Assembly (NCBI GenBank): GCA_963749495.1
Contig: CAVVMW010000022.1
Location: 1-64,000, forward strand
DNA length: 64,000 nt
DNA from: an uncultured bacterium
GTDB lineage: Bacteria > Verrucomicrobiota > Verrucomicrobiia > Limisphaerales > UBA8199
Direction of reading: 5' to 3'
Shown here: positions 20,742 through 32,289 of the stretch, piece after piece
Numbering within the stretch: position 1 is the first letter of the stretch
Layout of the letters: each line of letters opens with the position of its first letter
The notes under the pieces: model-generated
What the model saw: only the letters and a program-made list of their open reading frames with translations
Told to the model about the DNA's origin: nothing
The model's database searches: none
Translations under genes and position numbers: made by a program

Positions 20742-22111
20742 ATGAATGCGCTGCTTCTGACCGGCGGGCGGGTCATCGACCCGGCCAATCATCTGGACGC
20801 CCAGGCGGACCTGCTTATCTGCGAGGGCAAAATAGCGGCGGTGGGTCCCGACGCGGCGGCCAAGGCGCCGAGCCAGGCCCAACGCCTGGAGGTCAAAGGA
20901 TGCGTGGTCTGTCCCGGGTTGATCGACATGCACGTCCATTTGCGCGAGCCCGGCCAGACGGCCAAGGAGACCATCGCCACCGGCGCTGCAGCCGCCGCGC
21001 GGGGCGGCTTCACTTCCGTGCTCTGCATGCCCAACACGGCGCCCGCCATAGACAACGCGGGCACGGTGGCCCTGATTCATGAGTTGGCAGCGGCCCAGGG
21101 CGCGGCCAATGTCTATGTGGCCGGGGCGATCACCCGGAACCTGGCCGGCGAGGAGTTGGCCCCGATCGGCTCGCTCAAGAAGGCCGGCGTCGTTGCCATT
21201 ACCGACGATGGCTGCTGTGTTCAGAACAACGAGTTGATGCGGCGCGCGCTGGAGTACGCGCGGATGTTCGACCTGCCGGTGCTGGATCATTGCCAGGACT
21301 ACTCGCTGGTGTCGGACGGCGTCATGAACGAGGGGTACTGGAGCACAGCCCTGGGCCTGCGCGGCTGGCCGGCGGCTGGCGAAGAGATGATGGTGGCCCG
21401 CGACATACTCCTGGCCCAAACCACCGGAGCGCGCGTCCACTGCCAGCACGTGAGCACCGCCGGCAGCGTCCAACTCCTCCGCGCCGCAAGGCAGCGCGGC
21501 CTGCCTGTCTCCGCCGAGGCCGCTCCCCATCATTTCACCCTCACCGACGCCGCTGTGGCGGGCGGCGAAAAATTCTGGAATGCCGACGGCAAAGGCATCT
21601 TCGACTTCGACACCTTGGGCGGGGAGCGGCCGGCCTGGCCGGCCTACGATACGCATTTCAAGATGAACCCGCCCCTGCGTTCGGCCCAGGACCGCGCCGC
21701 CATACTCGAGGCCCTGGCCGACGGAACGATCGACATTGTGGCCAGCGACCACGCGCCTCACTGCGACTACGAAAAGCAGGTCGAGTTCGACTACGCCCCC
21801 TTCGGCATCACCGGCCTGGAGACCGCGCTGGCCCTGGCCCTGATGCAGCTCTACCATGCCAAACGCCTCTCCCTGGCGGGCCTGCTCGCCACGTTCACGC
21901 TGGCCCCCGCCCGGCTCCTGGGCCTGGCCAAAGGGACCCTGAGCGTTGGCGCGGATGCGGACGTGACGGTGCTGGACCCGGACCGCGAGTGGGTATTTGA
22001 CAAAGGCGCAACTGCGAGTAAGTGTTTCAACAGCCCCTTTTACGGGTGGAGGCTCAAAGGCAAGGCGCTGGCCACCATCGTGGGGGGCGAATCTCTTGGA
22101 ACGAACTATGA
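20742..22111 (+). CDS. pyrC: Dihydroorotase (true stop probably TGA at 22109-22111 after a 1-nt deletion near 22090)
   Basis: DMHVHLREPG, CMPNT, KMNPPLR, ASDHAPH, PFGITGLET. Confidence 0.9.
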
Positions 22112-22568
22112 AGAAGATGGCAATTGCATTACTCGCGTGCTGTGCGCTGGCCCAGGCCGCGCCGAGGAACTCAAATGGATGACCGACCTGCCCAAGGCGC
22201 AAGCCAAGGCCAAGGAGGAAAGCCGGCTGGTGTTGATTGACTTCACCGGCTCGGATTGGTGCCCCTGGTGCATCAAGCTCCGCAAGGAGGTCTTCTCAAC
22301 CCCCGAGTTCACGGATTACGCCAAGAAAAACCTCGTGCCCGTTGAGGTCGATTTCCCCAACCACAAAGAGCAGGCCCCGGAACTGAAGGAGGCCAACAAG
22401 GCCCTCAAGGCCAAGTATAAAATCCGGGGCTACCCCACCGTCATCGTCCTCAACAGCGAGGGCAAGAAGATCGGCGAGTTGGGCTATGAGGAAGGCGGGC
22501 CAAAACCCTTCATCGCCAAGCTCGAGGAACTCAAGGCCAAGGCCAACAAAGAAACGGCGGCGCTCTAA
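22108..22568 (+). CDS. Secreted thioredoxin-family protein, frameshift near 22160
   Basis: MKKMAIALLACCALAQA signal peptide in one frame, FTGSDWCPWC and GYPTVIVL in another. Confidence 0.85.
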
Positions 22569-22575
22569 GGGGAAA

Positions 22576-22690
22576 CGCGTGTCGCGCAGCGACACTTGAG
22601 GGTAGCCGTGGACTTCCAGTCCACGGTTTTTGGGGCGTGGAATGAAAGTGCGTCGCGCAGCGATGCCGGTGGTTTTTGCCCAATGATCCG
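22576..22690. repeat. GTAG-type REP cluster
   Basis: GTAG-CCGTGGAC-TTCCA-GTCCACGG at 22602-22626; identical unit at 41790-41814. Confidence 0.75.
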
Positions 22691-22705
22691 TGGACCGGAA
22701 GTCCC

Positions 22706-23102
22706 TGTCTTCAACCACATCTCCTGACCGGGCATATCAGTTGCCCTTCAAGGCGCATGACTCGCCGCAACGCAGCACCCAGCAGGCAGTGCGGGCTCGT
22801 TTGAGACGCCAAAGGCGTCACTCATACCAGCCCAGGGCAACGCCCTGGGTCTATCGGCCAAAGACCATCCTGAGCGCTGAAAGCGCGACTCATTGTGCGG
22901 AGAGATTGCGGCGCGCGGATGTCCGATTGACGTGCCCGGAGCCGATGGCCCTTATGAGGCAGGCCGTTGGCCTGCGATAGAATAAACTGCACGGAAACCC
23001 AGGGCGTTGCCCTGGGCTGGTATGAGCCAGGCCTTCGGCCTGAAGGCAGCGGATACAGTAAGTTCTGGTCAATGAACGAGGCCGATGATTTGGGTAAAGA
23101 CA
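22706..23102. mobile_element. TIR-bounded envelope C element containing family-B REPs
   Basis: TGTCTTCAACCACATC...GATTTGGGTAAAGACA; relatives at 30133 and 45279. Confidence 0.65.
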
Positions 23103-23260
23103 AGCGCTGAAGTGGTGGGCTGTTTTCAGGCATCCCTCCGGGATGAAAAGCAAATGAGCGCGGCACGTCCGGTTACTTATGGACCTGGGTCTAAAGCCTA
23201 TCGGGGTTTCAAAATGTCAAACCCACGCCTCAACCTCGGCCTTTATTCTCGCGGGGCGCC

Positions 23261-24468
23261 CTAACGACTCTTGAGGCTTTTGAGCCAGCGCAGGGCTTCA
23301 GACTCGCCAGAGGATCTCATGCGGGTGAAGAAACCGATTTGGTCGGAGTCCAGCAAGTCCTGCAGCCGGGTCAAGGTGTTCTCACTGGAGAGTTCGCCAA
23401 CGCTTCGGCGGCGCTGATCCAGTTCGGCCAGGCGGTCCTTGACCGTTTGGCCGGAGTTGCCCCAGGGGCTGGAGGGGTCCATCGTCCCAAGGACCCTGCG
23501 CTCGATAGCGATGCCAACCAGGTCCTGAATCAGCGTGTGTGCCTCGGAGCCTTCGCAGACCTGCTGAGCGAGCCCCGTTCCCATCTGCAATGCTGCTTGG
23601 GCTGAGGCCTCGTCGCCCCCCTGGCGGCAGCGATTTGCCAGGTTCACCAGGCTTTGGCCCAAACCGTTGATCTCTGCCCAATGAGGGAACTGCAAGCCAA
23701 AGGTCGCCAGCGTTTTGGCCTCGAGTGCCGAGAAACCTGCGGCGAGATAGGCCTCCTCGGCGCTCTGCGCAAAATCGCCCGAGTAGTCCTGGAGCTTCGC
23801 GTTGCTCGAAATCTGCGCCAATTCCCCCAGCGCCCGGTCGGTCTGGCCGGCCTTGAAGTACTCCTGGGCTGAGAGGTAAATCGCCAGCGCATTGTCCGGG
23901 GCCGCTTGCCTCAAGGCATCCAAGCGCGACCGGCGTTCCTCCGGGGAGGCCCCTTCCTTGAGGCCGAAGTAAGCGGCCAGGCCCACGCGCGGATCGTTGG
24001 GGTATTTCTCAGCCGCCTCGCGCAACAGGCCCCAATCCCCGGTGGCGCGCCAGGCAGCCAGGAGACTCTCGGCGTTGCGTTGCTTCGCCTCCAGGTAAGG
24101 GGCAACCTGCTGGAGGCTCAGCTTGGCGTTGCCGCGGAGCATTGTTTCGATGAGGTTGAGGCGCAGCCGGCGGTTGTCCGCGTGCAACTGGCCGAGTTCG
24201 CCTTTTTCCCGGCGCAGCACCCCCACCTGGCCGCGCAGCTTGAGCAATTCCGTGCCCTGCCCGGCCGGCAACGCGGGGTTGCTGCCGGTCTGCGCCGGCT
24301 CGGCCGGCCCCCGCCAATGCCTTGGGCCAACTCCTCGAGTTCGCGCTCGAGCGCGCGGTTCTGCTCGCGCAGCCGGGTTTGGGCCTGGCGCTGGAGCACG
24401 AGCGCCGCCGCAGCGCCGGCCAGGATGAGCATTGAAACTGCGATCTTCCATTTAGAGCTGTTGCGCAT
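23261..24468 (-). CDS. Membrane-anchored coiled-coil/TPR-like protein resembling an ECF C-terminal extension; frameshift near 24320
   Basis: MRNSSKWKIAVSMLILAG TM helix, ELLKLRGQVG motif shared with both ECF proteins, DNALAIYLSA. Confidence 0.7.
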
Positions 24469-24472
24469 AGCG

Positions 24473-25900
24473 TCACTTGGATTCGACCTGGTATTGCTTC
24501 TCCCACCCATCGAAGTTGTTGTCCGGTTCGGTGTGTGATTCGACGTGGCCGTCGGCGAAACCGTAGGTCTTGACCCAGTCGCCTTTGGGTGAGCGGCGGG
24601 CTTGCTTTTCCCGGAACAGAAGCGTTTGCCCCGGTTTGCGGATGCTGTTCTGGTCATGGAAGCCGGTGGGGCCATGATAAACGATCTCGAAGTTGTTGTT
24701 TGCGAAGTCCAGGAGGGCGTCCCTTTTGTCGCGAGGCGCTTGGCCGGCCGCCTCCTCCCAGGTCTCCGGATAACGGTCCTTGGCCGCGTGGCCGCTCGCG
24801 TACGTGATGAACATTACGCCCCATTGTTTGAGTTCATCGAGCCGGTGCACCGTCTCTTGCTGGAACTCGGCTTCGGCAGGGGTTTCAGGCTCGCCCGTCG
24901 CCTCGCGCAACGCGTGGTTTTCGGACCGGAGCCGGGCGAATTGGGTTGTTTGCCCCCGAAGGGCGCCCACTTCGTTGCGGAGCCGGTCCAGGTCCTGGGG
25001 GCGGGCCTCTGGCTGCGCCGCCGGGGCGCTCGCCTCAACCATCGGTGTCACACGGCTCTGGCGCTCCTCGGTCTGCCGGCTCATCTGCTCGACCCGCAGC
25101 TTCAGAGCCTGGTTCTGCTCGCGCAGCCTTCCCAGGGCTTGGTGTTCGACCACCACCGTCGTTCCGATACCCGCAGCCAGCACGACACTGGCTGCGACTT
25201 TGAGTTTGGTCATCGCCATAAGTTTGAGCAGGGCAAGGGTTAAACTTCCGCCAGTGGCCCCGCTGGCCAGGGCCGCACTGGAAACGCCGGCTGCCAAGCC
25301 GGCAGGCGCAGCAGTGACCGCCTGCGCCCCCAGTGCGGCGGCCAATCCCGCCGCCGAAGCCGTCACTCCACGCCTCAATAAGAACCCGCGCAGCTTCTCC
25401 AACGCCCGAGCGACCCGTTTCTGGGCCGCATCTTCATTGCTGCCGAGCACTGCGCCGACAGAGCGCAAGTCGCGGTTCTCGAAAAATCGCAGCACGATGG
25501 CGGTGCGGTCCTTGGCACTCAACTGGTTGATGGCCTCGTCCAACAGAGGGGCCATGCGCTCGTAGATTGGCTCGGTGTGGTCCGGCTGTGCATTCATTTC
25601 GGCAGCCTGCCTTTCACGGTGTTGGCGGCGGCGCTCGCTGCGCATCGTGCTCGCGGCGACATGACAGGTGCGCCGGTGCAGCCACCCCCCAAGCGTAACG
25701 TCCTGCGAAAGCGTCCCGGCCAATCGTGCCAGATCGGCAAACACCGTCTGCACGATGTCCTCAGCCAGGTGCCCGTCACGGTCCGCCAACCGAAACGCCG
25801 CCGAATAGACCAGATCGATGTAGCGGGTCACCACCTCGCGAAAAGCCTCTTCCGAGTCTTTCGTTGCATAATCCGCGAGCAATGCCCGGTCAGTTGTCAT
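24473..25900 (-). CDS. ECF RNA polymerase sigma factor with long C-terminal extension ending in an FADGHV (H-X9-DG-like) motif
   Basis: Region 2 AEDIVQTVF..GWLHR, region 4 DRTAIVLRFFENRDLRSVG..AAQKRVARAL, Ala-rich linker, TM helix. Confidence 0.92.
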   Translation of the reverse strand: MTTDRALLADYATKDSEEAFREVVTRYIDLVYSAAFRLADRDGHLAEDIVQTVFADLARLAGTLSQDVTLGGWLHRRTCHVAASTMRSERRRQHRERQAAEMNAQPDHTEPIYERMAPLLDEAINQLSAKDRTAIVLRFFENRDLRSVGAVLGSNEDAAQKRVARALEKLRGFLLRRGVTASAAGLAAALGAQAVTAAPAGLAAGVSSAALASGATGGSLTLALLKLMAMTKLKVAASVVLAAGIGTTVVVEHQALGRLREQNQALKLRVEQMSRQTEERQSRVTPMVEASAPAAQPEARPQDLDRLRNEVGALRGQTTQFARLRSENHALREATGEPETPAEAEFQQETVHRLDELKQWGVMFITYASGHAAKDRYPETWEEAAGQAPRDKRDALLDFANNNFEIVYHGPTGFHDQNSIRKPGQTLLFREKQARRSPKGDWVKTYGFADGHVESHTEPDNNFDGWEKQYQVESK

Positions 25901-26093
25901 TTTCTGACTCTAAAGTGCCGCCGCAGGCGAGAATCCGACAGAAAATCTTGCGCCTGATAATCCAACCTCCAACATCTAATGCAACCCCAAAACCTGGCGG
26001 AGCGATGATCTGCCCATTCCAGGGGCGTGGGGTGCATCGTGTAAGGACCACCATGGCATGAACGACTGGGCGCAACCCCGGCGTGCCAGATTC

Positions 26094-26310
26094 ATCCCGA
26101 AGGGATCGGAATCACTCAGCCCAGGGTTGCCCCGTCCTTTCGCGAGAAAGGGCGGGGCTACCCTGGGTCACGCGCCCTCTGATCAACTACCCTGAAAGGG
26201 TTGCATCGCTGCTGAAACCCTTTCAGGGTTTCAAATTTGGTGGCCTGACACCCAGGGTAGCGCGTTCCGCGCAACCCTGGGCTGAGTGAGAGTAAGCCCT
26301 TCGGGCTACT
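26094..26310. repeat. REP-like composite palindrome (CCCAGGGTTGC...GCAACCCTGGG)
   Basis: Several nested inverted repeats (CCCGAAGGG, CCCTGAAAGGG, CCCTTCGGG). Confidence 0.65.
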
Positions 26311-26455
26311 GAGCTTGGACCTGCGGTTCTCTCTCGCGTGGTGGTACGCGCCAGATGCGCCCGGCGGCGTAGTCCCCGCCGCGATTTACTGGACTATCCC
26401 TTCCGGACGCGGCAGACTCGCTCCGTAATTGCGTCAGGCAGTCATCAGCAAGACC

Positions 26456-29199
26456 ATGACCTTCCGATCCCTGCTCCGGGCCGCGCTCATCTGTTGCGCG
26501 TCGGCGATGATGCTCCAGAAACCCCTCGTCCACGCGGCGGAACCTGCAAACCTCGTGGCCAATGGCGACTTCTCGCAGGTCTTGAGCGGGCAGCCGCGAG
26601 ACTGGCAGGCCGCCGGGGATGCAGCCATCGTGACCCAGGAGTTGGGGGTGACTACCGATGCCGATGGCAAGCGCTGCGCCCGGTTGAGCTGCACGCGCTT
26701 CGAGCGGCAGACTCCCGCCGCCCATGCCATGCTCGCCCAGGTCGGAAAGGTGCATTTGGTCAATGGGCGCACCTATGAGTTCTCCTGTCAATTCCGGGCC
26801 GAAGGCATCGCCGGCCGGAGCGTCTCCATCGCCATCAGTGACACCAGCGCGTGGCAGAACTGTGGTCTGCAGACCTCATTTCCGCTGGGCAGCGCGTGGA
26901 AGACGTGCCGGCGGGTGTTCCGGGCCACACGCGATGTCGGCGCGGCCGGCCGGCTCCAGATTCTGGTTTACCGAGACGGGCACACTCTACGTTGCCGACG
27001 TGCGCATCCTGGAGTGCGGCGACGAAGATGCCGAGTTCACCGACGTAGTGGAAGGCTCCAACAGCAGGAACCTTGTGCCCAATGCCTCGTTTGAACTCGG
27101 CGACAGCGGGTGGTCCTCGCTCGGGAGCGGGGTCGGCTGGGGCAATCTCAGCCGCCTGCACGGCGTGATTGAAACCTCCGGAGGGCCGCATGGCCGCGCT
27201 TTCCTGCGGATTCCCGTCGGGGACGACCAAACACCCGTGCTCTATTTCGACTACTACGAGCCGGTGGTGCGGCGAGAGATCCGCCCGCTCGCGGCCAATA
27301 AGGGCTGGATCAAAGTCGCAACGGGGACCGCTTACACGCTCTCCTGCCACATGCGCGCCAGCCGGGAGGATGTGCCCGCCGTGCTGGGTGTCATGGCCAG
27401 GGAACCCGCGGGACCGGGCAGCGAGCGCCGGCAGGGGGTGAGGCTGGCCACGAAGTGGAAGCGCTATTCTCTGACCTTCAATCCCGAACAGCGGTATGTC
27501 TTTGTCTTTGCGGGCCCGGACTTGCAGCGGGAGGAGCGGGTGGACGTGGATGTCGATGCCATGCAGCTTGAGAGAGGAGACCAGGCCACGGAGTTTGAGC
27601 CGCACCAGCCGGTGGAGTTGGCTGTCGAGCCCCTCAGAAGCAGGGGGGATTTTCCTTGATGACCAGCCCGGCGGCTTGTGGCTTCGAGTGTGCAACTACG
27701 GCAACGCGCCGTCCCGGTTGAATGTCAGATTTCGAGCCACCGATTTTGAGGACCAGCCTGTGCCGCTGCCGGATTGTCCCCTGGGGATTCCGGCACAGAC
27801 GAGCATCCAACACAAGGTGCAGCTCCCGGGCGATTGGAAGGGCTTTTATCGTGTAACGGCTTCGGCCCAAGCCGGCGGCGCGAGCCTGGCCGCCCAGGTG
27901 CGATTGGCCATCGTGCCGCGGCCCGCCGGCCACGATTCGGTGTGCGGCATCAACCATGCGTTTGTAGCGGCGGACCTGATCCGGTTGGCCTCCAAAGCGG
28001 GTGTGAGTTGGTATCGCGACTGGTCGATCAAATGGCAACACATGGAGCCTTCCAAAGGCACGTATCGCTGGGAGTTGGCCGACGCGCAGATTGACCGGGT
28101 GCTGCGCCAGGGCTGCCCGGTGCTGCCGCTCCTGCCCCCCTTCCCGTCGGCCGACTGGTCCAGCGAAGCGCCGCCGACCCTCTCCACCCAAGGCTATCCG
28201 GGCGTGCGCGCCCGCCAGGCCTGGGCGCCAAAGGACCCGCAGGAATTGGCGGATTTCATCGAACGAGCCGCCGCGCGCTACAAGGACCGCATTCACATCT
28301 GGGAATTCCTCAACGAGCCGATCTACACCGATTACTCACTGCCGGCCAGGCTCAGCGGCCAGGCCGGCTCGAGGTCGTACAAGCCCGCGGACTATGTTGC
28401 CCTGCTGGCAACGGCGTCGGCGGCCATGCGCAAGGCGGACCCAACCTGCCAGGTCATCGGCGGCATCGCCGGCGGGCCGCGGGAACTCACCCGGGACGTG
28501 CTCGACGCCGGCATCCTCAAGCACGTGGACCTCTTCAACCTGCACATCTATCCGGGCCTGCGCGCGCCGGAGGCCTATGCCGCCGAGATGGCCGAACTCG
28601 TCAACAACATGGAGGCGCACGGGGGCGCAAAGCCGATTTGGATTACCGAGTTCTCCTATTACGGCGTGGACAACCTGCCTCGGCGGCCTTTCGTCCCGCG
28701 CCCCGACAACTGGGCCGAAGAACGCCTGCTGGAGAGCGAACGGCAATGCGCCGATTACACCCTGCGGTTCTTTGCCGTCATGCTCTCGCATGGCGCGCAG
28801 AAGATATTCATCCACTCAGGCGCCAGCGGGACCGTCAACAACCCGAACTTCGAGTGCGCCCTCTTTGATTACGGCGGGACGCCGCGAAAGTTGCTGCCCG
28901 CGCTCGCGGTGCTGGCGCATGTCCTGGGGCCCTCGCCAAAGTGCGCCGGCGCGAAGACCATCGGAAAAGCCGGCTGCGTGGCCGGCTTTGAAACGGGCAA
29001 GCAGGCCGTGCTGGCCTTGTGGCAGGCCGAAGACGAGCCGCTCTCGAGCTTGCCGCTGCCTTCAGGCAGCGCCTTGACCTGGATGGATGCCATGGGGCGG
29101 AAACTCCCCGGGCCGCCCGCCAGGCTCTCCAGCTCGCTGACCTATCTGCTGGCTCGAAGCGGCACGGCCGCGGAACTGCTCCAGAAAATCGCGCCGTAA
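26456..29199 (+). CDS. Secreted clan GH-A glycoside hydrolase (GH39/GH5-like) with two CBM4/9-like domains; frameshifts near 26962 and 27635
   Basis: NLVANGDF and NLVPNASFE domains; WEFLNEP acid/base, IWITEF nucleophile. Confidence 0.8.
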
Positions 29200-29435
29200 G
29201 GAATCGCCCGAAGGTGCTAGACGAAAAAGTAACCACGTCACGGAGAGGCCGCCGGAGCCGTGGGTCCCGTGGGGGGTGCAGTTGCATCGAGAGCGATACA
29301 CGGCTGCGGGCCTGTCCGAAACGAACATTTGGGAACTGCCCCGGGGCTCAAGCCGCCAGGCCCATGCCCTGGGCGATTCAGGTGTTCCAGGGTGACCGGC
29401 CTCTTGGGCGGCCAATGCCGGCGTGCGCCTCGTCG

Positions 29436-29646
29436 CGGCCCGAGGGGCCGCCAGAGCCTAGCCCAGGGCTGAGGCCGTAAGGCCGATGCCCTGGGTTTCG
29501 TTGCAGAGGCGGACCGTGCGCCCTGAAGGGGCGCCAGAGCCTTGTGGCGCCCCTTCAGGGCGCACGTAATCTCCCAGGGGCCTGTTCCCAGGGCATCGGC
29601 CTGACGGCCTCAGCCCTGGGCTGGGCTCTGCCGGCCCCTTGGGCCG
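29436..29646. repeat. REP-like doublet (AGCCCAGGGCTGAGGCC...GGCCTCAGCCCTGGGCT)
   Basis: Long inverted repeat; half copy at 63326-63446. Confidence 0.75.
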
Positions 29647-29808
29647 GGAGATGTCTGGTCCAGCAGGGCAGAGCGCGGTTCATTGACTGGGAAACCGCCA
29701 AAAAGCGCATCGACGACCGAACCTCATGACCATCGTTCACAAAAAAGGCGAGGATGTGGGGCCCCGATTGGGTCTTGAGTCTCAGCAGGGATCGTGTAGC
29801 TTTCGACC

Positions 29809-30036
29809 ATGAGCACGGTTGATGTGGCAACGTTGAAGGCTCGCGCGGAGGAGTTCGTCGCCAAGGCAATAGCCGGCGAGGCGACGCTGATTGAGCAGAA
29901 CGGCAAACGAGCCGTGCTGTTGCCTTGTGAAGGCCTTGCGCCTGATTTCGAACTGGATCCTGAGACGGACCGACTGTTGCGCCAACGGATGAACGCTTCA
30001 GGGCGCGAACCGACGACGGCAGATTGGGAGGCCTAA
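29809..30036 (+). CDS. Phd/YefM-like antitoxin, orphan
   Basis: MSTVDVATLKARAEEFVAKAIAGEATLIEQNGKRAVL; promoter TTGAGT-N16-TAGCTT. Confidence 0.6.
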   Translation: MSTVDVATLKARAEEFVAKAIAGEATLIEQNGKRAVLLPCEGLAPDFELDPETDRLLRQRMNASGREPTTADWEA

Positions 30037-30132
30037 TAGCCAAGCATTTGAGGGACGTGGCTCCGTGCGAGGCCCATCTCGCCTGTGCCACCGCTGCCGA
30101 ATGCCAGGGGATAGGAGCGCGGACTTTAGTCA

Positions 30133-30597
30133 TTGTCATTACCCACATGGCGTCACAGGTCGTATCAGTTCCTCTTCAGGGCGCATGACTCGCCACGACG
30201 CAACGCCCAGCAGGCAGTGCGGGCCGGTTTGGGACACCAACAGCATCGTTCATACCGGCCCAGGGTAACCGCCCAGGAAATGATCCGAGCCAATGCTGGA
30301 GCGCCAAGGGCGCGGCCCATACCAGCCTGGGCCAACGGCCCAGGTAGCGGCCGCAAAAGCGCCAAAGGGCTGAAAGCCCGCCCCATGCGTTCGCGTCGTC
30401 GGCGATGGTTTGGCCGGTGGCGTGCCGGCGGTGGATGGACCGGGCTTTCAGCCCTGGCACTCCTTGCGCGCACCCCTTTCCTGGGCCGTTGGCCCAGGCT
30501 GGTATAAGGCCGCGCCGTTGGCGCTAGGCGGCGGCGGTGGCCCGCGCGCCCGGAAGCCGAACTGATATGAGCGGCGGAATGATGTGGGTAATGACAA
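30133..30597. mobile_element. Envelope C element with perfect 16-bp TIRs
   Basis: TTGTCATTACCCACAT (30133-30148) / ATGTGGGTAATGACAA (30582-30597), family-B REPs inside. Confidence 0.8.
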
Positions 30598-30727
30598 GGA
30601 CTTTAATCCGCTTACGGCGGCCCCACGCCCAATTGGTTCGGGTCTCTCCGTAGGCCGGGCCTCCTTTCGGTTCTTTGAACTTTGAACACCGCAGCCAAAT
30701 CGAGCGTGGACCGGTTCTTGCGGCATT

Positions 30728-31082
30728 GGGGTCATGTCTTGTCATTTGGACAATTGGTTTTTGATCGCAGTCAACTGCTCGGGCAAGGGGCCATCCGAAC
30801 AAAGTCGCCGGCCAAAGCGCGCGATGGCCTTGCTCACCACGGCATCAGCACATAGGCGTGAACCCTCGCGCCAAAACGCTCTCCCAACTCGGGCAGTAAT
30901 TCCAAAAAATGAAAATGGTCGGTGTCGTCGCGGAAGAGGTCCTTGCGTTCGTTCCCGCGGGCCGCGACGTGGTAGCGCCCACCGGGCCGTTCGATGCGCA
31001 CCGCCCGTGCCATCAGCCTATCGAACCAGCGATGGTCCGCCCCGTCAAGCTCCAATTTGTCCAAATGACAAGATCTGACCCC
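30728..31082 (-). mobile_element. GGGGTCA-ended inverted-repeat element with an internally deleted Y1/RAYT transposase
   Basis: IRs GGGGTCATGTCTTGTCATTTGGACAATTGG / CCAATTTGTCCAAATGACAAGATCTGACCCC. 31013-30834 reads MARAVRIERPGGRYHVAARGNERKDLF...HAYVLMP and stops just before the HUH motif; a C-terminal VSKAIARF...IKNQLSK* fragment runs into the IR. Confidence 0.85.
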
Positions 31083-31178
31083 GATGCTTAATGGGCTGCC
31101 TATCAACGACTTACAACAACTTTCGTCACACCCTCTTTTAGGCTTTACAGGCGCCTGCACCGGACTAAAGTCAGGCGC

Positions 31179-31808
31179 ATGAGACCTTCTATTGGGATTC
31201 GTGGATGGTTTTGGTGCTCCCCTTTGCTGATGCTTTGTTTCTCCACGCCGGGGGCGAGGGGGGAGCTTCCTTTTCGGCGATTCGGCACAAACCTCTACGA
31301 CTTGGGCCCAGTTCTTGCGCGTGAAACCAACCGTAACGCTTATGTCATTTATGGGAAGGTCCTACGCGTCCGAGGTGATTCAATCGAAATTATGCGCCCG
31401 GTACCTAATCGCTACGACTTGAGCTCCAGCGCGCGAGATCCTCTGCTATACGGCGATTCCGGAGACATGCTCCATTATTTGCATGCCGCCAAACTCGCGG
31501 AACAAGACGTGACTCCCGGACATTTCTTGAGCTTGTCGCCGGAGCTAAAAAGGTTTCTAATCCCCAAGATCGAGGTCATCGAGTTATTGCACTTCCCCTA
31601 TGAATGTAAGCCAGGCATGACGGTGCTCGTGACTGCTCTTCCCCGCGCGCTGAGAGACCGAACGCTACCGCAATATGACTATGGAGAGCCTCTCGAACCT
31701 CCAATCACCAATTTTTCATCGGTCTTCGTGGTATACGAGGATCGCATTTTGAAGCGGGAGCTGGGTCCGACGGGCGCAGGCCCCAAGATTGCTCCTCGCA
31801 GACCTTGA
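31179..31808 (+). CDS. Hypothetical secreted protein
   Basis: 209-aa ORF, signal-peptide-like N-terminus, lower GC. Confidence 0.6.
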   Translation: MRPSIGIRGWFWCSPLLMLCFSTPGARGELPFRRFGTNLYDLGPVLARETNRNAYVIYGKVLRVRGDSIEIMRPVPNRYDLSSSARDPLLYGDSGDMLHYLHAAKLAEQDVTPGHFLSLSPELKRFLIPKIEVIELLHFPYECKPGMTVLVTALPRALRDRTLPQYDYGEPLEPPITNFSSVFVVYEDRILKRELGPTGAGPKIAPRRP

Positions 31809-31843
31809 CAATTCTTCTCTTCTCAATTTCTTTCCTCAGAAGC

Positions 31844-32127
31844 GGGGTCAGTCCCGCATTTTCACATGTTGCGCTCATTCCCTTGCCGCCGAGCCAGTTG
31901 CCCGCTTGACATTCTGCGCAAGTTTCAAGCCCGCGGGTAATCCTCGCGGGGATTCTGATCACGTCGAGGCACAATCCGCCGCCTCCCTGGAGCGCACTTG
32001 GGTGGCCGCTCGGAGCAGTGCCGGACCCGGGTGACCTTCGCGCTTTGCGGTCCCGGCAAAGTCGCCGAGGCTCAGTGAGCGCGGAACATACAAAAGTGCG
32101 GGACGGACCCCGTTCTGACCCCGTTCC
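31844..32127 (+). mobile_element. GGGGTC-ended inverted-repeat element, degenerate RAYT remnant
   Basis: GGGGTCAGTCCCGCATTTT (31844) / AAAAGTGCGGGACGGACCCC (32092-32111), end echo GACCCCGTTCT-GACCCCGTTCC; internal RVILAGI..HV and RT.GWPLG traces. Confidence 0.65.
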
Positions 32128-32289
32128 GGCAGGCTCCGGGAGCGCTGGCCGAATCTGATCCACGTGAAGTTCCCATCCCGTCGGGACCGCCGGGGGCCCG
32201 CTTCATCTCGCGCCGCAGTCAATCGGCCAAGATTTCGGATTGACCAAACTGGCACACCACAGCATCATCCCGGAATCGCGGCAGTGGGT

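Noticed and set aside
20724..22568. Apparent dihydroorotase-thioredoxin fusion (614 aa)
   Set aside because: Two 1-nt deletions (near 22090 and 22160) explain it. Restoring them gives a pyrC stop overlapping the ATG of a signal-peptide-bearing thioredoxin (ATGA at 22108-22111).
30728..31082. Tn3-family transposon ends (GGGG-starting IRs)
   Set aside because: IRs are 20-30 bp without the Tn3 internal TAAG end, no 5-bp target duplication is evident, and the enclosed remnants are Y1/HUH rather than DDE.
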